DNA from: Lama guanicoe
Taxonomy: Eukaryota
Assembly: GCA_013239625.1 (NCBI GenBank)
Contig: MU055574.1
Coordinates: 27,437,373-27,501,372 of the forward strand
Reading direction: 5' to 3'
Length of the DNA stretch: 64,000 bases
The position numbers and the translations under genes are program-made. The notes under the pieces were generated by a model. The model searched no databases. It worked only from the letters and a program-made list of their open reading frames with translations, and was not told the origin of the DNA. Positions 52,620 to 64,000 of this stretch are shown here, in pieces; positions within the stretch are counted from its first letter, which is position 1, and every line of letters starts with the position of its first letter.

Positions 52620-53060
52620 TGCAGTGGAAAAAGTAGGACCTCCAAAAACATAAAAAGGAACGAAGCCACCATTAAACAGATAAAAATTGAACAACTTTGA
52701 TCCCTATTTTCACTAATCAAACTGGCAAATGAATTTTTTATATCGTGATTCATATTGTTGGTGACAAACAACTGGGTTCTTGTAGGATTGCAAGATCCTG
52801 TAAGGAAATATGACTACAAATTGGTACAAATTTTCTAGTGGGAATTTATAAATAGATAGTATCTTTAAAGTGTTTATGTCCTTTGACTAATCCCACAGCA
52901 GAAATTTATCATAATGAAAAAATGAGACATAATCACAATGACTTATGTACAAAGATGTTCAGTGAAACATTGTTTAGACTGCCAAAATTTGGAGACTGTC
53001 CAAGTGTCTAAGAGCAGGGGCAGATGAGGTGTATCAGGTGCAGGTGGAGAATGACCATGG
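52620..53060 (+). mobile_element. Old L1ME-like 3' fragment
   Basis: AT-rich island with aattggtacaa, cctttgac, tatgtacaaagatgttcagtgaaacattgttt, typical of L1ME ORF2-end/3'UTR. Confidence 0.65.
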
Positions 53061-55149
53061 TGTCCTCCTCCCACTGGGAGTTCTGCCCACTGTGTCACAA
53101 GCTCTGCCTCCAGGGCAGGCTCCCCACACTGAGGAAGGGGCTTAGGAGCCCAGGAGGCTGCAGGCCGCCTCACACCCGAGGGACACTCCTGGACTGTCGG
53201 AAGGGGCCACCCATAGATGACTCGAAATAAGCAGATAAGTAAAAATAGCGTCTTTGGCTTTGGAATGCACATGAAGCAGGAAGGGAGCAAAGGGGGCTGC
53301 AACATACCAGCCTTCCAGTTCCTGTCTGGGCCAGTTTGGTGATGCCAGTTTGTTTTCGGGGACACACAGATGCTTCCAGGGAAACACCCAGACTCAGAAG
53401 CAGCCCCCCGTGCGCCATGGAGGAGTGAGTGCACTGTCCCTTGGTTACTTGGAAGAGTCCTACTTTCTGCAGTGTCCTTTTGGGAGTAGGAAGCAAGTTT
53501 ACGCCGCTGGGATATGGTGGGAATCAGCAGAACCCGAAAACCAGGACCAAGGTCAGAGCCTCCTGGGAGGAGGAAGAATGGCCGAGGCGGACGGGCTCCT
53601 GCGTCAGAGCATCGACAAGCCCGCCCTTCCCTTGTGCTCTGCTGGTCAGACCGCGGAACACTGCCTCTGTGTTCCTGTCTGGCCCTCGGCCCGCGCCACA
53701 GCCCTGCTGGGTCAGGACTGAACCAGGCCTCCCTTCCCGCCCCTCCATCAGGGCCGTGTGGGCAGAAAGGGACCTCACCCGGCCTTGTCATCCTCACTGA
53801 AATGCCTCCTAGATTTCGGATGTCTTCCCCTGATGAATATGCTCCTTCTAGTACTTTATATAACTTGACTTTTTTCTCCCAAGTTGTTTCCAGGCTTCTA
53901 AGAAAGGGCTGAAATCCTCAAATTCCCAGGAATCCCCTCGAATTCTTGAAGGAATTGTGCCCGCTGTCCCTGCAGGTGAGGGACAAACACAGAAAGCACT
54001 TCCTCCCCACTTCGGGGGGAGCGTGGGGACACCACTGGTCCACAAAGCACATCACGGGTCACTTCCTCGGACATGGATGCGACTCTAGACATCTGGCCAC
54101 GCTGTGCATGGCACAGGTGCTCCTAAGAGTGGCAGAAGGTCTCAGCTTTCACTTCTGTCTCCAAAGATGAGTGTTCACAAACCATGAGGCCCCTGCCAAG
54201 TGCCCAGTCCTCTTAAAGCTCGAGCTAACGTAAAGCCTTTCTAGCATGCAGCTGGTACTGACTGGACTGTGCTAGAGGTGAAAACCAGTGCACATGTAGC
54301 ACAGACATGGCCGGCAACCTCTGCGGGAGAACCTGAGAGCCGAGCAAGCCTGAGCGGTCCAAGTCCTCGCGCTCCACTCCGCAGCTGTGCATCACCACGG
54401 AATGCTCACCATTTCCAGAAATCACAGCAAAAGGAGATTCGGTCTCCTCGACAACCCCCGACAGCACATCCCGCCACCCGAGGCTGTGGCTGCCGCCTTT
54501 GCCCAAGGTGGGCCCCTCCACACAACTTTGGACTCTTCCCTCCTCTCCAGAACCCAGCTCCCTTTCCAGGAATGCTGTCCCTCCCAGAGCTTCGGAAGAG
54601 AGTCTGTCTCCTGCTTCCAGCACATCATGCAACGCTCCTCCGCTCCTCCCGGGACGCCGCCCGCGTTCTGTTAGGACCGTAATCTCCAGAATATGGGATC
54701 AGCAAACGCCAGAGTGAGGCGGCAGATTCTCCTTAAGAAACAAGCAAAGTGAGAGTGTTCTGTGTCTCAAGTCAAAGCAAGGGTGTCACCTTCCCCACCT
54801 CCCAGGGTGACATCAGTCAGATAGGTTTCTCCAAAACGGAAATATTTGTTTATATGAGCAAATGAATGCAATTTAAGGTTCTTCTGGGGGAAATGCTGTG
54901 AAGACATGAATCGTCTTTAAAAAGACTATCTCTGAATTACCTTCCAAACAACAAATGCCTGAATTTGTCGAGTAAATTCTGGTGTCCACCCTGGTAACGT
55001 GAGGCCGCACCACCCACGTCTGAGGCCCCAGGCTTCGCGTGCTCACTCTCTCCTACCCGACGCTTCTGCAGATATCCAGCCACTCTTTAGGAACACCATT
55101 TCACGTTCTTATCACTCTTCTGCAAAATTCATAGACTGAGAAATTACTA

Positions 55150-55700
55150 ACCACATACAGCTTTGTTGGCTGGATACCACGCAAACACATCCTCACCGTA
55201 TACTTTGTGTCTAGGTGACTGTTTATTTATCAGAATAAAAAAAAAATACGGTCTCCCACTCCAATATCTATGTTTGGCTTCACACTATGGTCCCAAACTA
55301 CCAGTGACAACGAGAAGAACAAACTTGACCAGAACGAAACTTCTTTCATGGCCAGCATCCTCACACACTTGCACACATTTCTCTCCAGTATGTGCAAGTG
55401 TACCTTCTAGTATCATTAACACATCCAGTCAGTGTTTACATTTCTCTAGTGGCTCATGAGGTTTTTTTTTAACTGTTTTTATCTAAGTCTCTTCCAACCC
55501 GGGTGTTCCCTCATCTCTCTTCCTCTGCCCAGACTTGGCTGAGTAGATCCTGGTGGTGTCCGGACCACGTCTTTCAGTCCTTGTGAGCCTGGTTGGCAAC
55601 TAGATCAAGAGGTCTGACCAGGCTCAAGTCCAGTTTTCGTGGCAGAAACACTCCCTCCACAGTGCCGTTGGCCATCTAGTGAGCCATGCAGAGCATGCAC
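55150..55700 (-). mobile_element. Old L1 (L1MC-like) 3' region fragment
   Basis: tagatcaagaggtctgaccaggctcaag...tggcagaaacact resembles antisense L1MC4-type sequence; boundaries approximate. Confidence 0.45.
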
Positions 55701-56059
55701 GAGAGTCCCCTGCTGTGCGAGCCACCCTCGCTCGCTGACCCTGCATCGGGGGCTTTCGCACAGGTCACCCTAGTCACGTCTTAGTACTGCTGGCTGCCTC
55801 CGGGTCAGAGACACACAGAATCAGAATGCCCGTCCCACCATCCTCCACGAAGGTGCCACTGAGAAAAGCTCTTTAGCCTAAAAAAAAGTCAGCTGGAGAG
55901 CCTGGGGGGCGGGCCAAACAGCAGGCAGCAGAGATGGGGACCTCCCCACTCGGGGAAAACCATGGGCGTGAGCCGCTGAATGGAGACACTGCGGGCATCT
56001 ACACTGATGTTGGGCAGCAGGGAACACTTGTCCTGACTGCAGAGAGCCCACCGGTCAAC

Positions 56060-56160
56060 ATGGAAGGGTGGATGGGACAGATGACTTGATAATGAGAACT
56101 ATTTGTACTGTCCTTGCAACACTGCTGGAAGTCCAAAATTATGTCCAGAGGAAAAGTTGA
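56060..56160 (+). mobile_element. Old L1M 3'-end fragment
   Basis: gaactatttgtactgtccttgcaac...gtccaaaattat resembles L1MB/MD termini. Confidence 0.5.
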
Positions 56161-56879
56161 AGGAAAATCCTTGCACCTCGCCTCCTCTGCTGGTCTCACC
56201 AGAGTCTCAGGGAAGGTGGGGAGTGGAGCCTGGGGCTGAGGGGAGGAGGGCTGGGGTCTGGCCACCTTCGGGGGCTCCTGGGCCCTGGGAGCTGAGTCCA
56301 GCACCAGCTGCGCCCAAAAGGGCTCTGCCCCGACCTCGTCATTTTAATCCCCACGGCTCCTTCCTGGCGGCCTGCCTGTAGAGCGCGACCCCGGGCTGGG
56401 CAGCGGGGCGTCGCTTGGCGGGGTGAATCATAGCCGGTCTGTAAACACCTGTGTCTTTACATGGACGTTTCTGATCAACGTACCTGAATTTCCTGCTGCA
56501 AACAGCACAGACCCTGAACACTGAGGGACCATCTGATTAAAAGTTCAACTTAAAGCGTCAGCCTCAGAAGGGCCTCAGGGACCCTCATGGAACAGGGGAC
56601 TGAGGGTTTCAGAGCTGTGCTCTTGAGCCTCTGGGGCCCTCTGCGCTCTTGGGCAGGTCGCGTGCCTGCCCAGGTGGAAGATGGCGCACTCCCTGGCTTT
56701 CCAAGAGGGCTGGGGAGGGTGAAAGTGGATTCAGCTCAGGGGGCTGCGAGGCTCTTCCTTGGGAGGGGCTTCCTGAGAAACCCAGGCTGTTCTGTCTTCT
56801 TGAACGTTCATTACCCAAGCCAGCTCACTTCTGAAACTGAGGAGGAGCCTTGAATTCCTCGGGGTTAAGGAGTGTAAAG

Positions 56880-57100
56880 CAGCGTTAGGCGGCCCCTCTT
56901 CTTCCCGGCCCGCTCCGCCCTGAAGGAGCCTCAGCGACTCCCGCGGCTGTGCTCCGGTGCGCCGCCGCCGCCGCCGCCGCTGCCACCGCCAATGAGCAGG
57001 GCCAGTCGAGGTCGTGGGGCTTAGGAGCCTGAGTCTCCCTCACTCACACCTGGCCCTGCCGCTGACTTCTTTCCGCGGATGACGTCACTCCGCTGGAGTC
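56880..57100. promoter_or_regulatory. Small CpG-rich, promoter-like element downstream of DLL1
   Basis: GC box CCGCCC 56915, (GCC)6 at 56961-56978, CCAAT 56989, palindromic CRE TGACGTCA 57080-57087, high CpG density. Confidence 0.5.
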
Positions 57101-57519
57101 CTTGTCTGCAGCCGTTATCCCTGCCAGAGGGGTGGGAACAGGCTGGGTGCCTCAGGTGTGTCTCTCCAGCCCCTGACGTGGCCCCTGCTGCACAGGCGTC
57201 TCTGTCCGATGGGCATTTAACACACAGGTGCCCTTTCCTCTGCAGAGAGATTCCAGAGTCTCCGACTGCACCACGATGACTAGGAGAAGCAGCGTCTCTG
57301 GGACAAAGGCAACCTCTTCTCTCTAATGGGTTATGTCTGGGAAGCTCTGTCCCTCACCTGCCTCCTGCCAACCACAGAAACAGACACCCGGATCCCAGGA
57401 CAGACTTGTCCTAGGGTGCTGACGAACGGCACGGGTCCTCTGGACCTGCCCACTCGCACCAGTGGTATTACATCCCCTTCTTGTACTCAGTGAGAAGCCG
57501 AGTTTATGAAAAATAATGA

Positions 57520-57630
57520 CTAAACTGGGGTCTGGAGTCCCGCTGCCACTTACAAGCCCTGAGCAAGCACGTTACCCACAAGCCTCAGTCTCAACCTTGA
57601 AGTGGGAGTAATGGTGCTACTCTGAGGGGG
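57520..57630 (+). mobile_element. MIR SINE fragment
   Basis: The segment gccacttac...ctgagcaag...gcctcagtctc...gagtaatggtgctac resembles the MIR core. Confidence 0.6.
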
Positions 57631-58203
57631 GCGCCCCACCGGGACCAACGAAGTAATTCTCGCAGAAGAGGGGCCTGGCACACGCACGGGAGGGCTCTCA
57701 TCTCTACTGCCTGTCCCCTGCAGCAGTGCTTGAACAAGGAGACAACTGACTCCTTTAAATTAACCAGAAATGAGCCCACAAGTGGATGAGCAAGTATTTT
57801 TCTAAGACAAAAACCACCTGCCATGGCAACAATAAAGTGCCTCATGGGTATTTGACCAAAATGAGGCTTCGTCCCTGTCCTGATAAAGATCGGCCTCCAG
57901 AGGAAAGCAGCCAGCCCCGAGGTGTCTCTGCACCGACCGCGGGCGACGTGGCGTTCACCGCGACGAGGGGCTGCTCAGGGAACCAACAGCAGCACTCGGC
58001 CTGCCCTGACTGAGAGTCACCTCTGAGCGTTCTCCAGAGGGGCCGCGGGACGAGGCAAGCTGCTTTTAATCAATCCCGTGAAACCGGGCAAAGGCATCGG
58101 AAGCAGAAGAGCAGAGTCCGTTCCCGTCCTCAGGGCCCTGGACCACGCGTGTGAGTGAGGGCAGGTCCGCTGTGAGGAGCACGAGGAATCACGCCTCTGG
58201 GTG

Positions 58204-58374
58204 NNNNNNNNNNNNNNNNNNNNNNNNNNNNNNNNNNNNNNNNNNNNNNNNNNNNNNNNNNNNNNNNNNNNNNNNNNNNNNNNNNNNNNNNNNNNNNNNN
58301 NNNNNNNNNNNNNNNNNNNNNNNNNNNNNNNNNNNNNNNNNNNNNNNNNNNNNNNNNNNNNNNNNNNNNNNNNN
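58204..58374. other. Assembly gap (171 N) at the DLL1 3' end; the other gaps are 1167-1323 and 30698-31091
   Basis: Runs of N in the sequence. Confidence 1.
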
Positions 58375-58861
58375 TTATAAAAAATGAACATCACAAAATA
58401 CTCAAGCTTTACAGATATCATGAAAAATATTTTTACAGGTCCAAAAAATAACACACATTTTTTTCCACCTAGAAAAAAAACACATTTTAGTATCAAAAAG
58501 GACGATGAAGGCAGTATTTGTGATTCTAATTCAAGAAAAGACTGGCTCATGAGAATCCAAAATATACACTTCAGGCAGTGCATGCTTCTTATGTAGTAAT
58601 TAAGTCCATTCATTTAAATATATATTTTTTAAAAGCAACTGTCCATAGTGCAATGGAAACGTCCTAAAAAGGCAGTGCAGCAGGCACCTGGAGCGCCCGT
58701 GGCCGCAGCCCGCCGGCCACGCCGCAACGTCAGGAAGAGAGCCGGGCTTCTCAGCAGCGGTCCATGAAGCGCCTCCTCTCTCAGCAGCATTCGTCGGGGC
58801 ATATATCCTTGGAATTTTACTTATTCTAAGAGAAACGGGAATTTGCCGCATGGCCTCCGCT
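58375..58861 (-). other. DLL1: DLL1 3'UTR (visible part; continues into the gap) with miRNA seed matches
   Basis: Follows the stop codon and becomes U-rich. CACTGCC at 58574-58580 and 58671-58677, TTGCACTA at 58646-58653, ATGCTGCT at 58783-58790. No AATAAA on the minus strand before the gap. Confidence 0.88.
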
Positions 58862-58867
58862 TTACAC
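58862..58867 (-). CDS. DLL1: DLL1 exon 11 coding part (GTG TAA), completing the ATEV PDZ-binding motif
   Basis: Acceptor cctctag|GTGTAA after an 86-nt intron 10 (58868-58953). Confidence 0.93.
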   Translation of the reverse strand: M

Positions 58868-58944
58868 CTAGAGGGGCCACAGGACAGGGTGGGCAGTCAG
58901 CACCAGCCAGTCTACGCTCCAGTCCCCACCCAGGCCACCAGCTA

Positions 58945-59303
<359 letters not shown>

Positions 59304-59347
59304 GGGGCTGGCCTTCCCATGTGTCCCCTCTGGCCTGGGGCACGCAC

Positions 59348-60143
59348 CCTCTGAGTGTCGGGGTGCCTTTCTCCTCCCCCACAGAGCCCTGGGGCGGGCC
59401 CTTGGCGTCGCGCTTGCTGTGGGGGTCCCTCGTGGCGGTGGCGCCCCTAGGGTCCTGCAGCAGGTTACAGCCCACGGCAGGGTCGAGGGCCTTGAGGCTG
59501 CTCTTCTCCGCACCCGGTTCCGCGTGGAAATCCACCTTCTTATTGGTGTTCTTGATCTGCGTGGCCCCAATGACGCTGACGGAGATGTCCTTCTCCCGCT
59601 GGCAGTTGGCCAGGTTGTTCATGGTCTCTGTCTCCCCCCGGCAGGGGTCAGCGGGGGGCCGGCGCTTCTGCAGCCTCAGCCGCACGCAGACCACGGCAGC
59701 GGCACAGCCCAGCAGCAGCATGAGGACCAGCACCACGCCCGCACACACGGCCACCCAGGGGAACGGCCCGGCCTGGCCTTCCACATACTTCTCGGTCAGA
59801 TCCACCACCACCGGCCCGAGGGGCGGCTCGGGGAGCAGGAACTGGCAGTTCGGGCCCCCATAGCCCCGGGCGCACTCGCACAGGTAGCGGAGGGCCCGCT
59901 CGTGGCAGGTGGCCCCGTTGTGGCAGGGCGCGTGCTCACACCTGCTGATGGGGGCACTGCAGTTCCTGCCCGTGTACCCGGGGGGGCAGGTGCAGGAGTA
60001 TTCATTCACACCATCGTGGCAGGTGCCCCCGTTGGCACACGGGGAGGAGGCACAGTCGTCCACGTTGTCATCACAGTGCCTCCCAGAGAAGCCAGCCTGG
60101 CAGCGGCAGAGGTAAGTGTCGCCGAGGTCCACACACTGTGCAC
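59348..60143 (-). CDS. DLL1: DLL1 exon 9 (796 bp): last EGF repeats, transmembrane helix ([26 protein letters not shown]) and proximal intracellular domain (IKNTNKK motif)
   Basis: Acceptor ttccag|GTGCA and donor AGAGG|gtgcgt; lies within track ORF 59278-60219. Confidence 0.98.
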
Positions 60144-61158
60144 CTGGAACGCAGGACACGGGCAGTGGCTTGTCACCCAGCAAATGTCCTGAAGCATTTG
60201 CTGCATCACACACCAGCAACGGGGCAGACCTGTCAGCCTAGACGAGGTCGTCACTTAAGAGAACACACGTCAGATATGAGCCCGTGGTGGGGAGTCTGGT
60301 CTAGCTCCATAAACACAGAACATAGGCTCCGGCCCCTACGTGTGCTGGGCAAGATCTCTGCCTGCATCCCTGCCTCGTCATCAGAGCAAGCCAACAAAGG
60401 ACTGGGCCACAGAAGAGGCTCAAGGCGATGGCGGGCTTACCCACAGTGACAGGCAGTGAAAGCAGGAATCGAAGACCCAAAGAGAGAAAAGAAGGAGGAA
60501 AGAAGCTAGGGAGGGGTCTCAGTCCTTCCAGAGTCAAGTCTGCTAAACCTTCCCCCTCCAAAAATGAGACATCAGTGCCACTGTTGGTTCAATGAATGGA
60601 AACAAGCAGGAAAAAAGAGCCAGAGCTCACAGGGCTGCCGCACCTCTGCACGGCACACAGAGGGCAAAGCAAAATGACTCCTCTCCGAGCATCAGCGTGT
60701 CTAATGGAGAAGCTCCAGAAGTTTCCAGAACCGTTGGCCTGTCGGGGGCCCAGCTTCCCTCCCTGTGAGTTTGCTTAGGGCATCCCACCCCTCGTAGAGA
60801 CCACAGCTCCTCGCACAGACACACCAGCTCTACGTGGTGGCGGCACGAGCTGCCCTCCGATGCACAGTGGCAGAGCTGGCGCTGGGGCAGACTGCTGGTG
60901 CTCAGGATCTTGGGCGCCTGAGACACACTGCAGGCAAGTCCTTGCCTCTCCTGCCTGTGGCATTCCCTGCAGAGAATGAATATTCCTGCCTGTCTTTCTC
61001 ACTCCCTGGGCATTTCCAGCCTGAGGATAAAATTTCTAAGAAGAGTTTCTCACTGTTCAGACAAAAGGGCTCCTGAAATTCGAAGTAACTTGCAAACTGA
61101 TGAACTGGGCTGGAAACTAAGCGCACATGCTTCTGAGGCGCTCTCCGGCGGCCCTTAC

Positions 61159-61375
61159 CATTGGGACAGGGCGAGGAGCTGCAGGAGTCCATCTTCTTCT
61201 CACAGTTGAAGCCAGAGAAGCCCAAGGGGCAGCGGCAGGTGTACCCCCCTTCGGGGTTGTCCGAGCACCGTCCCCCATTGAAGCAGGGGCCGTCGGCACA
61301 GGCCATGGCACTCAGCTCACAAATCTGGCCGTAGAAGCCAGGTGGGCAGGTGCAAGAGTAGCTGTTCTCGAGGTC
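61159..61375 (-). CDS. DLL1: DLL1 exon 8 (217 bp): [37 protein letters not shown]...[11 protein letters not shown]
   Basis: Acceptor cctcag|GACCTC and donor AATG|gtaag; EGF repeats. Confidence 0.97.
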
Positions 61376-61490
61376 CTGAGGAACGGAGAAGGTGAAGAAA
61401 GCTTTCTTACGTTGCTCCAAGGGAACCGCGCGGCCCGTATCAAACCAGGACTCCCGGCGCAGCAGGGGTGCCCACGGTGGCCAGACTCAC

Positions 61491-61660
61491 CGTGCAGCTC
61501 CCTCCATTCCTACAGGGGCTGGTGCTGCACTCGTCCACCTCCGTCTCGCAGTTGGCCCCCGTGTACCCGGGCCGGCATGAGCAAGTGTAGCTTCCCTGGC
61601 CTGTATTGCTGCAGGTGGCCCCATTCCTGCAGGGCTTGTGGTGTGTGCAATAGTTCAGGT
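61491..61660 (-). CDS. DLL1: DLL1 exon 7 (170 bp): [57 protein letters not shown]
   Basis: Acceptor ctcacag|ACCTG and donor CACG|gtgag; EGF cysteine spacing with O-fucose consensus (CRNGATC, CRNGGSC). Confidence 0.97.
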
Positions 61661-61692
61661 CTGTGAGAAAGGAGACAGGAAGCCCAGGGTTA

Positions 61693-61929
<237 letters not shown>

Positions 61930-62019
61930 CTACTGGGTTCCTAGCAACACATTTCGCACACACGAAAATCTCTGCAAACAGCATCCACACCACTGGTTCC
62001 CAAATGAGGCAGAACCCTG

Positions 62020-62142
62020 GAAGGCACTCAAATACAAACTGAGGCCCGGGTCCCATACAGAGGGTCTGGTTATGGGTGCCAGGGCCAACCAAGGAGGCAT
62101 CGCTAAGTGATTCTAATGTGCTGCAAAGTTTGAAAACCACCT
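62020..62142. mobile_element. MER5-like hAT-Charlie DNA transposon fragment in intron 5
   Basis: The end gtgattctaatgtgctgcaaagtttgaaaaccac resembles the MER5A terminus (recognised from memory). Confidence 0.6.
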
Positions 62143-62405
62143 ACGTGCTCTCCTTTTCTGCGCCAGTTCTTTTTAACCTCCATCTGCAAGTTCCACAACC
62201 GCCAAGGAGCTCACATGCTGACAATCCTTGACCCTCTGCACATCCATATATTTTTTAAATAGAAACACCAGAAAAAAACAGGCCTCCAACTAGCTAATCT
62301 TAACTGAGTTTCTTACAAGATCATCTAGAGTTGCCTTACAAATATACTAGGTGGAAAAGGATAACAAGAAAAAGGAAATTAAAAAAGCAATTTTTACAAA
62401 CTTAC

Positions 62406-62466
62406 TTGCATTCCCCTGGCTTGTCGCAAAACCCATGCTGCTCGTCGCACCCTGGCAAGCAGATGG
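62406..62466 (-). CDS. DLL1: DLL1 exon 5 (61 bp), start of EGF1: (P)[19 protein letters not shown](K)
   Basis: Acceptor cttcttgcag|CCATC and donor GCAA|gtaag; translation matches Delta-family EGF1. Confidence 0.96.
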
Positions 62467-62759
62467 CTGCAAGAAGAAAAGGCACAGGGTCAGCCCACCA
62501 GAGCGCCCCCCAGCACAGCAGGCTGTGCCGGCTCTGCAGCAAGCCCATGAGCGAGTGCATCGGCGGCCGCTGGTAACACGGACTTTACTCAGCCCAGGAG
62601 CATTCTTCTTAACACAGCGGCTCAAGGACAAAAGAGCGCGGAAGCCCCCACCCCCACCGGCCCCTTTTCTTCTAAGAGAGGGTCAGAAGTCCTTCCCCCC
62701 CTTCTCCCCCACTTCCCAATTCTATGCACAAAGCTCCACCTCTTAATACCCAGAAAGTG

Positions 62760-62910
62760 TGTGTTAGATAAGGGTGGACAGCTGGTATGCAGAGTACCAG
62801 GGCAAGACAGCTGCTCCATTGTCTGCTCTCTCCCAGCAGCTGCCCCAGTGCAACAATACCGGCCCCTCGCCCCATGCCCCCACCCCTCACACACACCCTT
62901 AGCATGCACA

Positions 62911-62951
<41 letters not shown>

Positions 62952-63040
62952 TGCACGTGCACCCTTTCCGCCAATGGGAATGGGTGTGTGTCCCTGCTGC
63001 CTATCCCCTGAGAGATCTAATCGGTGGCACGCGAGCTGGG
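62760..63040. promoter_or_regulatory. Candidate DLL1 intron-4 enhancer (bHLH E-boxes plus a Hes class-C site)
   Basis: CAGCTG at 62779, 62808 and 62837; AGATAA 62766; CATTGTC 62817; CACGTG 62954; GGCACGCG 63026. Confidence 0.6.
62912..62947. repeat. (CA)18 microsatellite in intron 4
   Basis: Perfect CA dinucleotide run. Confidence 0.95.
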
Positions 63041-64000
63041 GGCGGAGAGAGAATCCAGTGTTTGAATAAGAAGAAAAAGTTTAAGTTTATGGCTACCCCA
63101 CGGCGAGGAGAAGGGAGGGGAGCCAGGAGGGAGGCAGCAGAGGTTGGGGGGTGGCGGGGAGGCGAGGCTGGAGGCTGAGGCTTCGAGCTGGCTTCCTTCC
63201 CCTGGTTATGAAACTCATTAACAAGCCACTCCACAAGTTTTTAAGACAACAGAGGCAGCTCAGGCCAAGGAGGGCTCCAAGGAACTGTGGAAAGTTGAGC
63301 AACAAGGACGCCTGAGCGTGAAGACCTACCCTCACCCCAGGGACAAATTAAAACTAAGAAACTACCCAGCAAGAAAAGGTTAGCTGTCTCCAGGGCAGAA
63401 GGAAAGTTCACTGGGGTTTCTGGGGAGCTCCAGGGCCCACCCCACCCAACTATGGGGAAATCTAACACCTGGGACTGCAGGATGGCAGTGAGGCTACCTG
63501 AGTTCCACTGAACCAGGCCTAGGAGCCAGCCGGTCCTCATAACCCCCATCCCACCTTCCCTGGTTTCCTGCATCCTGGACAGCCACCCTGCCCACCTGGA
63601 GAATCCCCAGCTGTGGGCAGGCAGGGCCTAAGTCACTTTTGTAAAAGTATTTCCTCCCCAGGCAAGACGCTCTGTGAACATCCCTCAAGTAGATGCATGG
63701 TGTCCAAGACGGGCAGGTGGGCCCCTCCTGGGCAGGGCTGGTAGAGCCAGGCCTCGACACACACCCACCCGTGTCCACAGACCCCCACAAGCAACAGTGT
63801 CACAAGCAGTGCTCATGCATCACATGTAACATTTGTAAACACGCCGGCTCCACAGGAGGCTGAGCTCCAGAGAGGAATAAAGCGCTTTTCAACGAGACGT
63901 TGTCCCGGCAAAGAGACCTTGGTAAAAGCACACCCTGCACACAGCCTCCACTCTGTTCCTCCCTTCCTTCCTCCCTCCCTTCCCTCAGGCTTACTTCCTG

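Noticed and set aside
54783-54812. TGTCACC...GGTGACA inverted repeat as a T-box pair or transposon TIRs
   Set aside because: Only 7 bp with an atypical spacer; expected by chance.
5000-56800. Hundreds of 60-280 aa ORFs rich in P/G/R/A/S, including 52943-53797 and 33512-34261
   Set aside because: Expected in ~60% GC DNA with few stop codons; they overlap on both strands and show no recognisable domains or coherent exon chain.
58017-58613. ORFs spanning the gap in the DLL1 3'UTR
   Set aside because: Artefacts of N translation and AT-rich UTR sequence.

Overview
Mammalian genomic DNA with three scaffold gaps. The young L1 3' ends look camelid-like (from memory), and I recognised no Alu, Bov-tA or PRE1 SINEs. 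The only protein-coding gene I can support is DLL1 (Delta-like 1, Notch ligand) on the minus strand at the right end. Seven coding exons are present: 62466-62406, 61894-61764, 61660-61491, 61375-61159, 60143-59348, 59071-58954 and 58867-58862. They correspond to human exons 5-11, all have GT-AG boundaries and join in frame. They encode EGF repeats 1-8, the TM helix and the intracellular tail ending in the PDZ ligand ATEV. Exons 1-4 lie beyond the right edge. The 3'UTR runs into a gap (58204-58374) that probably hides the poly(A) signal. The remaining ~58 kb is the GC/CpG-rich, gene-poor region downstream of DLL1. It contains old L1/L2/MIR/MLT1/MER fragments, a young L1 nested in an old one, a 19-20 bp minisatellite, microsatellites and several transcription-factor motif clusters that are candidate DLL1 enhancers. 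I found no convincing novel multi-gene system. The best leads are: loss of two tyrosine (YxxPhi-like) motifs in the DLL1 tail; a possible intron-10 retention switch from ATEV to EVSV; a minisatellite made of E-box/5'-splice-site units; and a promoter-like CpG patch just downstream of DLL1. Almost all other ORFs in the track are GC-content artefacts.
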